A DNA stretch of 64,000 bases from Polyangiaceae bacterium (GCA_965222375.1 CBDCTZ010000005.1:480001-544000), one strand, 5' to 3'. Counted from the first letter of the stretch, positions 18,674 through 27,923 are shown. Notes: generated from the sequence alone by a model not told the origin. A program made the numbers and translations.

Positions 18674-18937
18674 GTAAGTGATCGGAATCGCTCCATAAGA
18701 AAGATTGTGCTTTCCATGAGGCGCTTGCTCGTGCATCTCGTCGGGGGTGGGGCGCGATTGGCGGGACGACGAATCAGCGAGCTGGAAGCACGGCTGCGGG
18801 CTCAAGATGCCGAACTCGCCGCGTAAGATGCGCGGATCGCTGAGCTCGAGCAACAGTTCGCGGCCCTAGCCGAGAAACTTGGGCAGAATTCGAGTAAGTG
18901 GCACCGGCCGCCGTCCAGCGACTCGCCGGAAATCCGC
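18674..18937 (+). mobile_element. IS66-family remnant (left end plus decayed transposase N-terminus)
   Basis: Begins GTAAG (IS66-type end); encodes RISELEARLRAQDAELAA*DARIAELEQQFAALAEKLGQNSSKWHRPPSSDSP with an in-frame TAA. Confidence 0.75.
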
Positions 18938-19216
18938 CTAGGTCAACGAAAGCGCCTCGCTACCGCGCATCCCTTCCCTAGCGAGGAATCCGAACAGCAG
19001 GCGCTCGGCCAAAGGCAACTCACGGCACACCAATACCTTGGCTTCCTCGGCCGGGTAGAGCCACTGGTCCGCTTTCTTGCCCTTGACCTTCGGGAGCCAG
19101 CCCTTTGGCAAAGGCGACAACTCGCGTAATCTCGCGGGATAGACGGCCATGCACAGCAGCCGGTGCAGCGCCTGAGCGATCTGACGCCGCGCAGCGGTGC
19201 TGAGAGCGCTCGGCAA
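18938..19216 (-). pseudogene. Tyrosine recombinase/integrase fragment
   Basis: WLYPAEEAKVL...RLLFGFLAREGMRGSEALSLT* matches tyrosine recombinase box I; truncated before HxxR and the catalytic Tyr. Confidence 0.8.
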
Positions 19217-19692
19217 CCGGGCTGCGCGGCTGAGCGCTTTTCACGAGCGGCATGTTCCACGATCTCGACGACCCGCATCCGCCTCACGATGCCGCTAGAT
19301 CGACCGAAGCTCGAAAATTGCTCAAGCGCGCTAGCTTGGCACGCGACGCAGGCGGTTAGAGAGACGAGCTTGCCGATCCGGGCCCGCTCCGCGCCCAAGT
19401 TCCCACGCTGCCCGTCCTCGCGCGCGACGGCTTGGCTGCACGGAGCGGCCTGGCGAGAGTTAGGTCTTCGAGATGACGCAGTTGGTCAGCACACGGGATT
19501 CATAACGTCAAAGACAACGACTTCTGTGCTGAGCCGAGCACCAGACTCAACAGGCCGGGGTAAAGGGTTGGCAAGCGCATGGGTCGCTGCCGCCGAGCGG
19601 TTCTTGCCAATTCGCCGTCGCGCGCCCTCCGTTGGTGCTATCCGAAGCGGAACACATTTCGCGAAGGCCGCGGGCCAGATGGAGCGCGAGCA

Positions 19693-20574
19693 CTAGGTGG
19701 GATGAGCGGCACCGCGAAGCAACTTCGCGTCGCGACGGGTGATATGTACAAGATGACGCATCACGCATCGAATTCTCGCGGTATCCTTGAGCTCATCCAC
19801 CAAGACGAGCCACAGTGTGCGCTTAGGCACTGTGCGGTTGGTCCGGATGCGCCGTATTCGGCCATCGCCTGCCATATACGCTGGGAGTAGCCCGTGCGCG
19901 AGCCCCGCCGCAACAGCCTCATAGTGCACTGCCATGGAGTTGCTTCCCAAACGCCGTCGCGATTGAGGGAAGGACTCGGCTAGCCATCGGGTCTCGAGCG
20001 ATGGTTGAAACTGGGGTTCAAAATCGATGATTGGCACAGTCGCCGTAAGCTTCCGAGCTTGCGTCGCCTTGTTTCCAAAGAAGCCCATGCCAATCTCGGC
20101 GAGTTTTCTCACCACGACTCCGCTTCCGCTAGGTTGATTGAACCTCAGAGCAATGTCCGCCTCCCCCGCGCCCAAGGACAGTTCCTGGTTCGTCGCGATG
20201 AGCTCAAGTCGCAGGCCCTCGTGACGGTCTAGAAGTGGACGTAACCTAGGTGCGAGGTAGTGGCTCATGAATGTTGGGGGCGCCGTTAGACGGACGACGC
20301 CCGTCACGTCGGTCATCTTGGAAACTGCGGCTTGGGCAAGGCGTGCCGCGTCCACCTCCATGGTCGCGGCGCATGCTGCGGCCCGTGAACCCGCTTGAGT
20401 CAACGTGGCGCGTGCGCCAGCGCGACTGACCAGTTTGACTCCCAGGCTGCCCTCCAGCACGTCCAGGCGACGACCCACGGTCGACGGATGAACCCGCAAT
20501 GCGCGCGCGGCCGCGCCGAACGAGCCGGTTCGCCCAACCGCTAATAGCATTCGTGCATCATCCCAAGAGAACAT
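19693..20574 (-). CDS. LysR family transcriptional regulator
   Basis: MFSWDDARMLLAVGRTGSFGAAARALRVHPSTVGRRL..LE..LG HTH; GVVRLTAP; EADIALR. Confidence 0.92.
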   Translation of the reverse strand: MFSWDDARMLLAVGRTGSFGAAARALRVHPSTVGRRLDVLEGSLGVKLVSRAGARATLTQAGSRAAACAATMEVDAARLAQAAVSKMTDVTGVVRLTAPPTFMSHYLAPRLRPLLDRHEGLRLELIATNQELSLGAGEADIALRFNQPSGSGVVVRKLAEIGMGFFGNKATQARKLTATVPIIDFEPQFQPSLETRWLAESFPQSRRRLGSNSMAVHYEAVAAGLAHGLLPAYMAGDGRIRRIRTNRTVPKRTLWLVLVDELKDTARIRCVMRHLVHITRRDAKLLRGAAHPT

Positions 20575-20576
20575 CC

Positions 20577-20589
20577 TGCAATTATGCAA
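20577..20589. promoter_or_regulatory. Putative LysR box (T-N11-A)
   Basis: TGCAATTATGCAA with a TGCA dyad, just upstream of the LysR start in the divergent intergenic region. Confidence 0.45.
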
Positions 20590-20646
20590 GCTAAGATTGC
20601 CGAAGAGCAACGTGCATTTCGCGCCGTGGAGTTGCACAGTCTTCCC

Positions 20647-21414
20647 ATGACCCCAGAACTGACCAAGATTGAGCGCCGTGATGGCGGCGTCGCGGTTCTT
20701 TATCTGTGTCGAATCGACAAGCGTAACGCACTCTCTCAGCAGCTCAGGGACGCGATTTCGGCGGACCTAGCCGCGTTGCGTCTCGATGACGGAGTCCGGA
20801 GCATCGTCCTGACAGGAACGCCAGATTGCTTCTGCGCTGGTTACGATATTTCCGAGCTGGCCGAAACGGGTTTGCGTTCTCTCTTCGTCCGGGCAGTCAG
20901 CTTCACCAAGGCGACCTACTACTTCCCCAAGCCAGTTGTTGTGGCAGTGGGCGGATTCGCTCTGGGTGGTGGATTCGACCTCGCGCTTTCGGGGGATCTC
21001 ATCGTTTCCACGCCTGAAGCGCGTTTCGGACGACCTGAGGTGCGCTTTGGACTGAATCCGATCCTGTCAAAGCTTGCGCAGAGAGTGGGAATCCCGCGAG
21101 CAGTACAGCTTTCGACAACGGGGGAGTTACTCGGCGGTGAGCTTGCCCACGAACTGGGCGTTGTGGACACCTTGAGTGCCAGGGGCGAACTCCTCGACTC
21201 TGCTGTTGAAGCGGCCGAGAGGTTTGCCATCGCTCCTGGTTGGGCCACCAGAGCAGTCAAGCGGACCGCCCGTGCAATTGGGGGAATGGACGCACGAGCG
21301 GCAATCGAATACGAGTATGCCGTGACCGCGGAGATCTGCGCGAGCTCAGAGGTCACGAACCTCCTTTACGACCATGCGCGCCGTGTGAACGTCAGCGCGG
21401 CAGTGCGGAGATAG
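20647..21414 (+). CDS. Enoyl-CoA hydratase/isomerase family protein
   Basis: KRNALS, FCAGYDI, PKPVVVAVGGFALGGG, FGRPEVRFGL. Confidence 0.9.
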   Translation: MTPELTKIERRDGGVAVLYLCRIDKRNALSQQLRDAISADLAALRLDDGVRSIVLTGTPDCFCAGYDISELAETGLRSLFVRAVSFTKATYYFPKPVVVAVGGFALGGGFDLALSGDLIVSTPEARFGRPEVRFGLNPILSKLAQRVGIPRAVQLSTTGELLGGELAHELGVVDTLSARGELLDSAVEAAERFAIAPGWATRAVKRTARAIGGMDARAAIEYEYAVTAEICASSEVTNLLYDHARRVNVSAAVRR

Positions 21415-21552
21415 CTGCGTGTCGCTTCTTACTCATGCACTGAACTGGGCTAGCGGTTGGACTCTAACTCCGCCCACTCTGGCCCGCAACCGCTCCACAG
21501 CGCTTGCATGGCGCATGTTCCATCCGTGCAAGTTCAACCGAAGAGGCTGCAA

Positions 21553-21783
21553 ATGAAGTCCACTCACGCCGTTATTGTTGTTTCAGTAGTCGTTGTGATT
21601 GCCTGTGGCGGCGGTGGCGCGGGAGGCGGCGGAACGGGTGGGTCCGGCGCAATGGTCGGCACCGGCCCGGTGACCGTGGCGGACGTTCCAACGGCCGCTG
21701 AATTCAAAAAGACGATCGAACAGTCAGTCGTGAGGGACCACCAAATGTCGCCCAGCCGAGCGGCCGTGTGGTTCCGGATTTGA
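21553..21783 (+). CDS. Short Gly-tethered lipoprotein, possibly truncated
   Basis: GAGG RBS; MKSTHAVIVVSVVVVIAC lipobox; Gly linker; stops early. Confidence 0.5.
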   Translation: MKSTHAVIVVSVVVVIACGGGGAGGGGTGGSGAMVGTGPVTVADVPTAAEFKKTIEQSVVRDHQMSPSRAAVWFRI

Positions 21784-21924
21784 AAGCGTGTTCGCGCTTG
21801 GGGGTGTAATGCGTGACGATCCCTGGCTGCGCATCGTTTCGCTAGGATGGACGCCAAGACCTTTTTCACGACGAGTGGTGGCCGTGCGGCGCTGGCGTCC
21901 GCGGACGGCTACGGAGGGTTGGTG

Positions 21925-22371
21925 ATGAAAAACAGCTATACATATTCCAAAGGCGTGAAATCGATGTTTGTATTCGTGGCGGTTGTCTGCGCGTTGCTCG
22001 TCGTCACCTTGCCCATCGCAGTGTACATCCTGATCAAGCGGAGCTCAGCCAAGCTAGAGTTCGACGACACCGGCTTCCGCGTGAGTGGACTGGGGTTGTC
22101 GTCACGCTGGGACTTTCAGGAAATCGCTCGGCTCGGCACGTTGTGCGTGGAAATTGTTGGCGGAGGTCCACTCGTTCGGCTCAATGGCGGCAGCGTGGCG
22201 GTCAACTTGGTTGCGAAAACCAAGAGTGGCAAGACGTTGAAGTTCATGCTGTCCCGCTTTGAAGACTGGAAGGAGATCTTGGAGCGAGTCGAGCGGCAAA
22301 CGGGTCTACCTCTGGAGACCGTCGTGCCTGGTATCGTCGGACCGGCTTGGCCCAAAGTGCCGGGTGGTTGA
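21925..22371 (+). CDS. Small membrane protein with a PH-like soluble domain
   Basis: GGAGG RBS then ATG 21925; hydrophobic FVFVAVVCALLVVTLPIAVYILI followed by a beta-rich region. Confidence 0.7.
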   Translation: MKNSYTYSKGVKSMFVFVAVVCALLVVTLPIAVYILIKRSSAKLEFDDTGFRVSGLGLSSRWDFQEIARLGTLCVEIVGGGPLVRLNGGSVAVNLVAKTKSGKTLKFMLSRFEDWKEILERVERQTGLPLETVVPGIVGPAWPKVPGG

Positions 22372-23381
22372 CCTTGAGCGGGAGATTGGCGACTCGGAAT
22401 GATGTTGCGCACCAAGATGCGCCTACCACCGCCGCCGCTGAACGATGACGCGCTAGATGTGTGGGCGCTGCGCGAACTGGATGATTCGATGCAGTGTGCT
22501 CTGGCCGGAGAGTAGGGGCACGTTAAGGAGGACGGCTAGAACGATGACGCCGTGGAGCTTCTTGTCGGCATCCGCGGGCGCCTCTACAAGTGTGGTCCCG
22601 TGGGTGGCGTCCAACGATGTGGGTCCGTAGCTGCCATTGGAACCGGACCGATGACCGCAGTGGCCGTAGCTGAGGTCTTGAGGGGACAACCTCGACAGCG
22701 CCTCCGGGAGGCGTTGGTTCGCATGGCCGCCAGGTACCAGAGTGTTGAGCCGCCGTGGTGTTTCGTGTTGACGTAGCGATCACATGCCCGCGAACATCCC
22801 GCGCATGTTAGGGTTCGTTGCTCGTGGGGACGACTACTGCCAACGGCAAAGAGAAGTAGGAGAGGCCGCGCACCGCCCAGCGCCCCGTCCGACTGGGTCT
22901 CACCTCCGTAGAAGCCGCCCGCGTCGGGAACCGCCCCCGAACTCGGGCGTGAGCAGCGGTCGGGCCCGTAGTTTTTTGGCGACGCTGCGCGTGTCACAGT
23001 CAGCGTCGACTGCAATTTGACGGAGTGTTCAACAACCTGCCGCGCAATCTCCGCTAGCTTGCGCGTCAGGACCAGCGCTTGCGCCTCATACAACGCCTCG
23101 CGGTACTTTTCTGCATCTGAGCCAGCAACTCGGCGCGCGGGTGCTTTGCGACCTTCAGCGTAGCGGTACAGGACAGCGTCTATAGCTTCTAGTTCATCGA
23201 GCAGGTTCGAGGCATCGGTAGCGAGCTGAATCAGTCCAAGTGCGCGCTCACGGTGCCGGCCGCCCGCCAGCCCTGGTAGGTGACGGCACCGCGCGCTCCC
23301 TGGGTTTGCGGTCGCGCGTCGGCTGCTTACGCTTCACGCCGCTACCCATACCGCCCTTCCTGAACGCCTGCCACTTTCGCT

Positions 23382-23400
23382 AACTGTCCCGCGAACTGTC
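23382..23400 (-). repeat. Putative integrase arm-type site (GACAGTT tandem), right end
   Basis: Minus strand gacagttcgcgggacagtt, inverted relative to 18464-18482. Confidence 0.65.
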
Positions 23401-23454
23401 TCGGCGCGTTGAACTGTGAATACTTGAAGTAGCGAGAACTCGAATGATTCCGCG

Positions 23455-23475
23455 TGGTGCCGAAGGAGAGACTTG
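23455..23475 (-). repeat. 21-bp copy of the tRNA-Leu 3' end carrying CCA
   Basis: Minus strand CAAGTCTCTCCTTCGGCACCA. Confidence 0.85.
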
Positions 23476-23608
23476 CGTCGGCGGCGAATACTTTGGGGAT
23501 GCGACGCAAATCACGATCTAGGGACGCAACGCGTCGCCTCAGGAGGCCTAAAGTCGACGTCACAAGAACGCACACTGACGCGAAATATGTCCGGGCTTTG
23601 CGATCCAG

Positions 23609-23692
23609 TGCCGAAGGAGAGACTTGAACTCTCACGGGAGTAACCCCAACGGATTTTGAATCCGCCGCGTCTGCCGATTCCGCCACTTCGGC
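23609..23692 (-). tRNA. tRNA-Leu(CAA)
   Basis: GCCGAAG acceptor stem, TGGCGGAATCGGCAGACGC D-arm, GCGGA-TTCAAAA-TCCGT anticodon arm, long variable arm, GAGAG-TTCAAGT-CTCTC T-arm; CCA not encoded. Confidence 0.96.
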
Positions 23693-23926
23693 TGAAGTGA
23701 TGTGCTCGATACTACTGGGCGGGTCGACTTCGACCCACCGAGGCGCCCGAGATAGCATCATCGAGGGGCGCGAGCCAACCCCATCGCCGCCTGGCGGGGC
23801 GCCGGGGGGGCCTAGGTCAGGAGTAGGGGCCCAGTGCCGGCAAGGGATGCGACCCAACCAACCCAAGAACTCAGCGCCTTGGGGAGCCGCGCCCGCGACG
23901 CCTGGCCACCGGCCCGGCTCAGGCGC

Positions 23927-24219
23927 TCAGCCCGCGGTCACGGTCGGGTTCAGGGGGGTCGTGTAGTCCACAACTTCCCCCAACGGGCGTGTGGACCGCT
24001 CTGCGCGACGCCAGGCTGCGGCGTGCCCCAAGCTGCCCGGCTCGTGCTTCAACGCCAGGTCCATGCCTTGCCCCAGCTCACTGCCGATGTGGCGCAGCGC
24101 TTCGAGTCGGCGGGAGTCGCCCGGCCGTCACCGATGGGCGGCATACATCGCGCGGACGATCCCGAGGAGGTCGCGGACGGCCTCGAAAAGGGAATGCAAC
24201 GCCCGCGCGTCGCCAACAT
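23927..24219 (-). pseudogene. Decayed small helical hypothetical gene
   Basis: ATG 24219 (MLATR..), a frameshift, then FEAVRDLLGIVRAMYAAHR*RPGDSRRLEALRHIGSELGQGMDLALKHEPGSLGHAAAWRRAE; the frame stays protein-like across the TGA at 24128-24130. Confidence 0.55.
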
Positions 24220-24258
24220 CGTCTTGCGTTATCCAGCCCGAACTGTCATGGCTAGCGC

Positions 24259-24888
24259 ATGCGGCCCCGGCGGACAACGAACGACGGCGCTGAGGCCGAA
24301 AGGGCCCAGCACCAGCGCGGAAGGCGCCGCAGCCTCGTCGCATTGGGAACTCTGCTGTCCAACACGCGCGTCACCGCCGCCCGGCGCGCTCGCCTGGGCG
24401 TCGACCCCACAGTGTGGAGGCAGGTCGTGGGAGGGAAGATCGACCAGAACACCCGAGTCGGGCAGCTGAAGCGTGGCGTGTTGGAAGTACGCGTCGGCTC
24501 GGCGGCTTGGGCGCAGGAGTTGACGTTCCATGGTCCAATGATTGTCAAACGCCTGCGGGAAGCGGGGCTCCAAGTAGATTCGCTTCGTTTTCGAGTCGAC
24601 GCCGCTCTGGACGTGGCTGAGAGCATGACCAAACCGGCGGCTGCGGCCCGCGAGCCCGTTCCCCTACCTCAGGAAATTGCCGTCAGACTCGAGGATGTGG
24701 ACGACGCTGAGTTGCGCTCCGCGATCGCCGAGGCAGCAAGCCATTGGCTGGCGTTCGAAGGCGCTACTTCGCCGCGGCCAGGCGCTCGAGGCCCTCGACC
24801 CGCTGCGCTAGAAAGCGGTCGGCCGGTCCGAAGCCAGGGGCAATCGCGCGCAGCAACGCCACGTAAGAGCGGAGTAGGGCGAGATTGA
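24259..24888 (+). CDS. dciA: DciA/DUF721 helicase-loader family protein
   Basis: WRQVVG..I...TR....KRGVLEVRVGSAAWAQEL......IVKRL.....VDSLRFRV. Confidence 0.8.
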   Translation: MRPRRTTNDGAEAERAQHQRGRRRSLVALGTLLSNTRVTAARRARLGVDPTVWRQVVGGKIDQNTRVGQLKRGVLEVRVGSAAWAQELTFHGPMIVKRLREAGLQVDSLRFRVDAALDVAESMTKPAAAAREPVPLPQEIAVRLEDVDDAELRSAIAEAASHWLAFEGATSPRPGARGPRPAALESGRPVRSQGQSRAATPRKSGVGRD

Positions 24889-25603
24889 TGTCCGACACTT
24901 GGCGCAGCACGGTGTACAGCTGATCCACCACTGTGCCGGGGAGCGGGCGCTTCTGGGTCATGAACAGCTCCACCGCGTAATCCACCCACTCGCCCTTCTT
25001 CGTTGCCTCAGCCAACTTCACCGCGTATCCGACCGCCTTGTCAGCATTCTTCGGGCCAGGGCCCTTTCCACTTCGTGCCAGCTCGAGCAGGTTGCGCAAA
25101 TACGACGCCAGGATTTTCTCGGCCTCTTCGCCGCGGCCCAATGCCAACACCTTATCGGCCACGCCGCCAAGCAGTTCGAGCGCATCTCCTTGATGAGTGG
25201 ACTCAGAGTCATCGTCCTCGCGGAACGTGGGATTGCGCTCTAGGCCAACCAAGGTCACCGCTGTGGAGCGTCCTTCGGAATCAGGTGGGGCTGTGCTGGA
25301 GATGTGAGCGCGAACGACAAACTCCTGCTTGCCAACGACGATTCGATCCCCTGCGATCAGCAGCCGGGTGCCATTGACCCGCTGCCCGTTGACGAAGACC
25401 CCATTGACGCTGCCTAGGTCCTCGAGACGAATCGCCGCGGGCTCGACCACGATGCGCGCGTGGCGACGCGACACCAAGGCGTCATCGAGGACAATCTCCG
25501 CGGAGGTGCTCCGCCCCATCACGTATGCGCCAGGAGAGACGTCCAGAGTTTGCCCGTCGTATTCGAGGGCAAACCGGATTTTGGCAGAACTTTCGCCAGA
25601 CAC
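24764..25603 (-). CDS. FHA-domain protein A
   Basis: MGRS....IVLDD.LVSRRHA, EDLGSVNGVFVNG; GTG 25603 preferred (alternative start 25636). Confidence 0.88.
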   Translation of the reverse strand: MSGESSAKIRFALEYDGQTLDVSPGAYVMGRSTSAEIVLDDALVSRRHARIVVEPAAIRLEDLGSVNGVFVNGQRVNGTRLLIAGDRIVVGKQEFVVRAHISSTAPPDSEGRSTAVTLVGLERNPTFREDDDSESTHQGDALELLGGVADKVLALGRGEEAEKILASYLRNLLELARSGKGPGPKNADKAVGYAVKLAEATKKGEWVDYAVELFMTQKRPLPGTVVDQLYTVLRQVSDINLALLRSYVALLRAIAPGFGPADRFLAQRVEGLERLAAAK

Positions 25604-25707
25604 CGCAGGCAACCTTTTCGTCGGGAACAAGCCCAACCTTCAGCCTAGCGCAGCTGCCGGCATTTCGGGCCGACAAATCGGCGAGTTTCCCCTTGCCCGC
25701 GGCGAAT

Positions 25708-26460
25708 CTAGCGGGCCCGGGCGAGGCGCTCGAGGCCCTCTACGCGGCTGACCAGGAACTTCTCCGCGGGTGACAGACTTGCCGACGCTTCACGCAGGGT
25801 TTCGACGTAGGCGGCGAAACGAGGCAGATCCACCGCACCAACTTTGCGCAGCGTGGTGTAGAGTTCGTCCACGACTTCTGCGGGCACCGGGCGGCGGAGC
25901 CCGTGATAGAGCGCGACGATGTAGTCCACCCACGTGCCCTTGCCCGTAGCATCAGCCAACTTGGCAGCGAAGTGCCCGGCTTGATCGATGCCAATCGGCA
26001 CGCGGCCGCTCTGGACTTCCCGCAGGGTGTCTGCCAGCAACGCTCCCAGAATGCGTTCCGCTTCTTCGCCCCGCCCCATCGCCAAAGCCTTCTGAGCCAG
26101 CGTTCCGACCACGGCGAATCGATCGAAGCGGTGAGTGGGCGCGCCCCTGGAGACGGCGCCGCCCGTGGAGGTCTCCCGAGGACCTAGCACGATGAGTTCT
26201 TGGGACCCAATCCCGATCCGGTCACCGACAGAAAGCTCGACGCTCCCGGTGCTGACGCGCTCGCCGTTGACGCGGATCCCGTTGCGGCTGCCCAGGTCCT
26301 CGACGACCAGGCGCCCATCGGCGAGGGTGAGCTTCGCGTGGTTCCGAGATACCAGGGGGTCGTCCAAGGAGACCTGGCAGTTGGCACTGCGCCCCACCAG
26401 AAACTGACCCTCAGTCAAGTCCAGTTCTTGTCGCAAATAGCGGATGCGGAATGTGCTCAT
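25708..26460 (-). CDS. FHA-domain protein B
   Basis: VGRS.NC...DDPLVSRNHA, EDLGSRNG; ATGA overlap with the upstream gene. Confidence 0.88.
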   Translation of the reverse strand: MSTFRIRYLRQELDLTEGQFLVGRSANCQVSLDDPLVSRNHAKLTLADGRLVVEDLGSRNGIRVNGERVSTGSVELSVGDRIGIGSQELIVLGPRETSTGGAVSRGAPTHRFDRFAVVGTLAQKALAMGRGEEAERILGALLADTLREVQSGRVPIGIDQAGHFAAKLADATGKGTWVDYIVALYHGLRRPVPAEVVDELYTTLRKVGAVDLPRFAAYVETLREASASLSPAEKFLVSRVEGLERLARAR

Positions 26461-27338
26461 CCCCCGCTTCCGCCAGGCGGCTGCGTCAACATTTGCACCC
26501 GAGCCAGCGACGCAGCTTCTACGTCCGAAAGACCACCCCGCTGAGTTGCCTGCTCCACAACCCGGGTGGCGGCAGGCGCCAAAGAGGCGCGCTCGCTTGG
26601 AGGTAGGGTGCTCAAGCGTTGTGTAATGTGCTCGGCCGGGACAGCGCCCAGATTGGCGTAAACCGCGAGAATCCAGCGCCCCCACTCAGCCTCGCGCCGC
26701 TCCTTTGCCAAGGCCGCAGCCGCCTCCGCAAGGCGGTCCAAGTGCTCCATCTCGAGCCCTGCATTGGTGCGAAGGCGCTCCTCCACGTTCGCTTTGGAGC
26801 GTGCAAGCATGCGCTGCACATCGTCCCAGCGCTCCAAGGACACGGCCTTGTCGAGCACGTCCACCAGCAGCTCCAAAGTCCAGTTCTTGTCGTTTTCACC
26901 GACGATCCCACTGATCGTGTCCTCGTCCATGCGCTCGCGAGAACCGCAGGCAGGACACAGCAGCAGCTCAGCCGGGTACGGCAAGCCACAGTGAGCGCAA
27001 TGACACATGAACCCCGTCGGCCGAGTTCCCGGCCCGACTCCGGAGCGCGATTGGGAGCGGACCGCGCAGAACACCATTTCTTGGGTGCCGATCCGAATGC
27101 GGTCCCCATCTTTGAGCTCCGTCGGGCCGGCGATTGCGCGAGCATTCACGGTCAAGCCGTTGCGCGATCCCATGTCGCGGATCTTCGCGCCGTTGGCCTC
27201 GACGATAATCGCCGCGTGTTGCCGAGACACGAGCGGGTCCTCAATCGTGACATGGCACGACGCGCTGCGGCCAAGGATGGTTTCACCCGGAGGCAGGTCG
27301 ATTTCCTGGAGGAGAAAGCGGAGTCGGTAGCGCGGCAC
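26457..27338 (-). CDS. FHA-domain protein C with a Zn-ribbon
   Basis: LGRS.SC...EDPLVSRQHA, DMGSRNG; CAHCG...CPACG. Confidence 0.88.
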   Translation of the reverse strand: MPRYRLRFLLQEIDLPPGETILGRSASCHVTIEDPLVSRQHAAIIVEANGAKIRDMGSRNGLTVNARAIAGPTELKDGDRIRIGTQEMVFCAVRSQSRSGVGPGTRPTGFMCHCAHCGLPYPAELLLCPACGSRERMDEDTISGIVGENDKNWTLELLVDVLDKAVSLERWDDVQRMLARSKANVEERLRTNAGLEMEHLDRLAEAAAALAKERREAEWGRWILAVYANLGAVPAEHITQRLSTLPPSERASLAPAATRVVEQATQRGGLSDVEAASLARVQMLTQPPGGSGG

Positions 27339-27409
27339 GGGTTTCCCGGGCTGAGACGCCCATCACTACCGGAAACTACTCCCCCTGCACGCTGGCGTCA
27401 AAATGGGGG

Positions 27410-27850
27410 TCATAAGGACGGTGGTGACAGAGTCGCCAAAAAGCGCAGAACGAAACGGGGATGGCTGACGAGGCCGTATATCTTCAGCCGCCGCCCCGCC
27501 CAAGCACTAGCCAGCCGGCGTAGGGCAGCACGTGCATCCCTACCGCCTACCCAGAGTACCCCGCCGCGGGCTAGTGGCAAGCGCGTCAGTGCCTGAATGC
27601 TGTCACGGGTACCGCGCACTGTGACGGTGGGGACGCCTACCAGACCTTCATGAATGACTAGGCGGCCGAAATCGTAACGTAGCGTGAGCGCGCTTGCAGA
27701 GTCGTCAATCACCAGGCCCACCGTACCGCGCAGCTGCTCGAAGTTCTTGCGCCGGGATGGCGCACGGACGGCCTCCCCGACAGCCTTGGCCAGCGTCAGC
27801 GCCAAGGGTTCGTGCTCGGCGCCCGGTGCCAAATCGACGACAGGTTCCAC
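27410..27850 (-). CDS. SCP2 (sterol-carrier)-like domain protein
   Basis: GTG 27850; TVGLVIDD...LTLRYD.GRLVIHEGLVGVPTVTVRG...GRRLKIYG pattern. Confidence 0.6.
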   Translation of the reverse strand: MEPVVDLAPGAEHEPLALTLAKAVGEAVRAPSRRKNFEQLRGTVGLVIDDSASALTLRYDFGRLVIHEGLVGVPTVTVRGTRDSIQALTRLPLARGGVLWVGGRDARAALRRLASAWAGRRLKIYGLVSHPRFVLRFLATLSPPSL

Positions 27851-27923
27851 GGCATGCGAATGGCCCCAAACCACGCGGCGGTCAAGCCTTGAACCCGAGG
27901 GGCGTGCAGGCCAGCATGCAGCC

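Larger units (their letters stand above)
18320..23660. mobile_element. Decayed integrative element (genomic island) inserted in tRNA-Leu(CAA)
   Basis: Bounded by the intact tRNA and a duplicated 3' half; integrase fragment; IS66 remnant; inverted arm-like repeats; visibly less GC-biased cargo. Confidence 0.85.

Noticed and set aside
22380..23340. Several short ORFs in the right part of the island
   Set aside because: No good starts or recognisable motifs; probably decayed cargo that I cannot assign.
23964..23998. DnaA-box-like TAGTCCACA/TGTGGAC motifs upstream of dciA
   Set aside because: Weak matches that fall within the codons of the inferred pseudogene; no AT-rich unwinding region.
24128..24130. 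Selenocysteine read-through of the in-frame TGA
   Set aside because: The gene also needs a frameshift, the context is not a redox motif, and no SECIS-like hairpin was evident.
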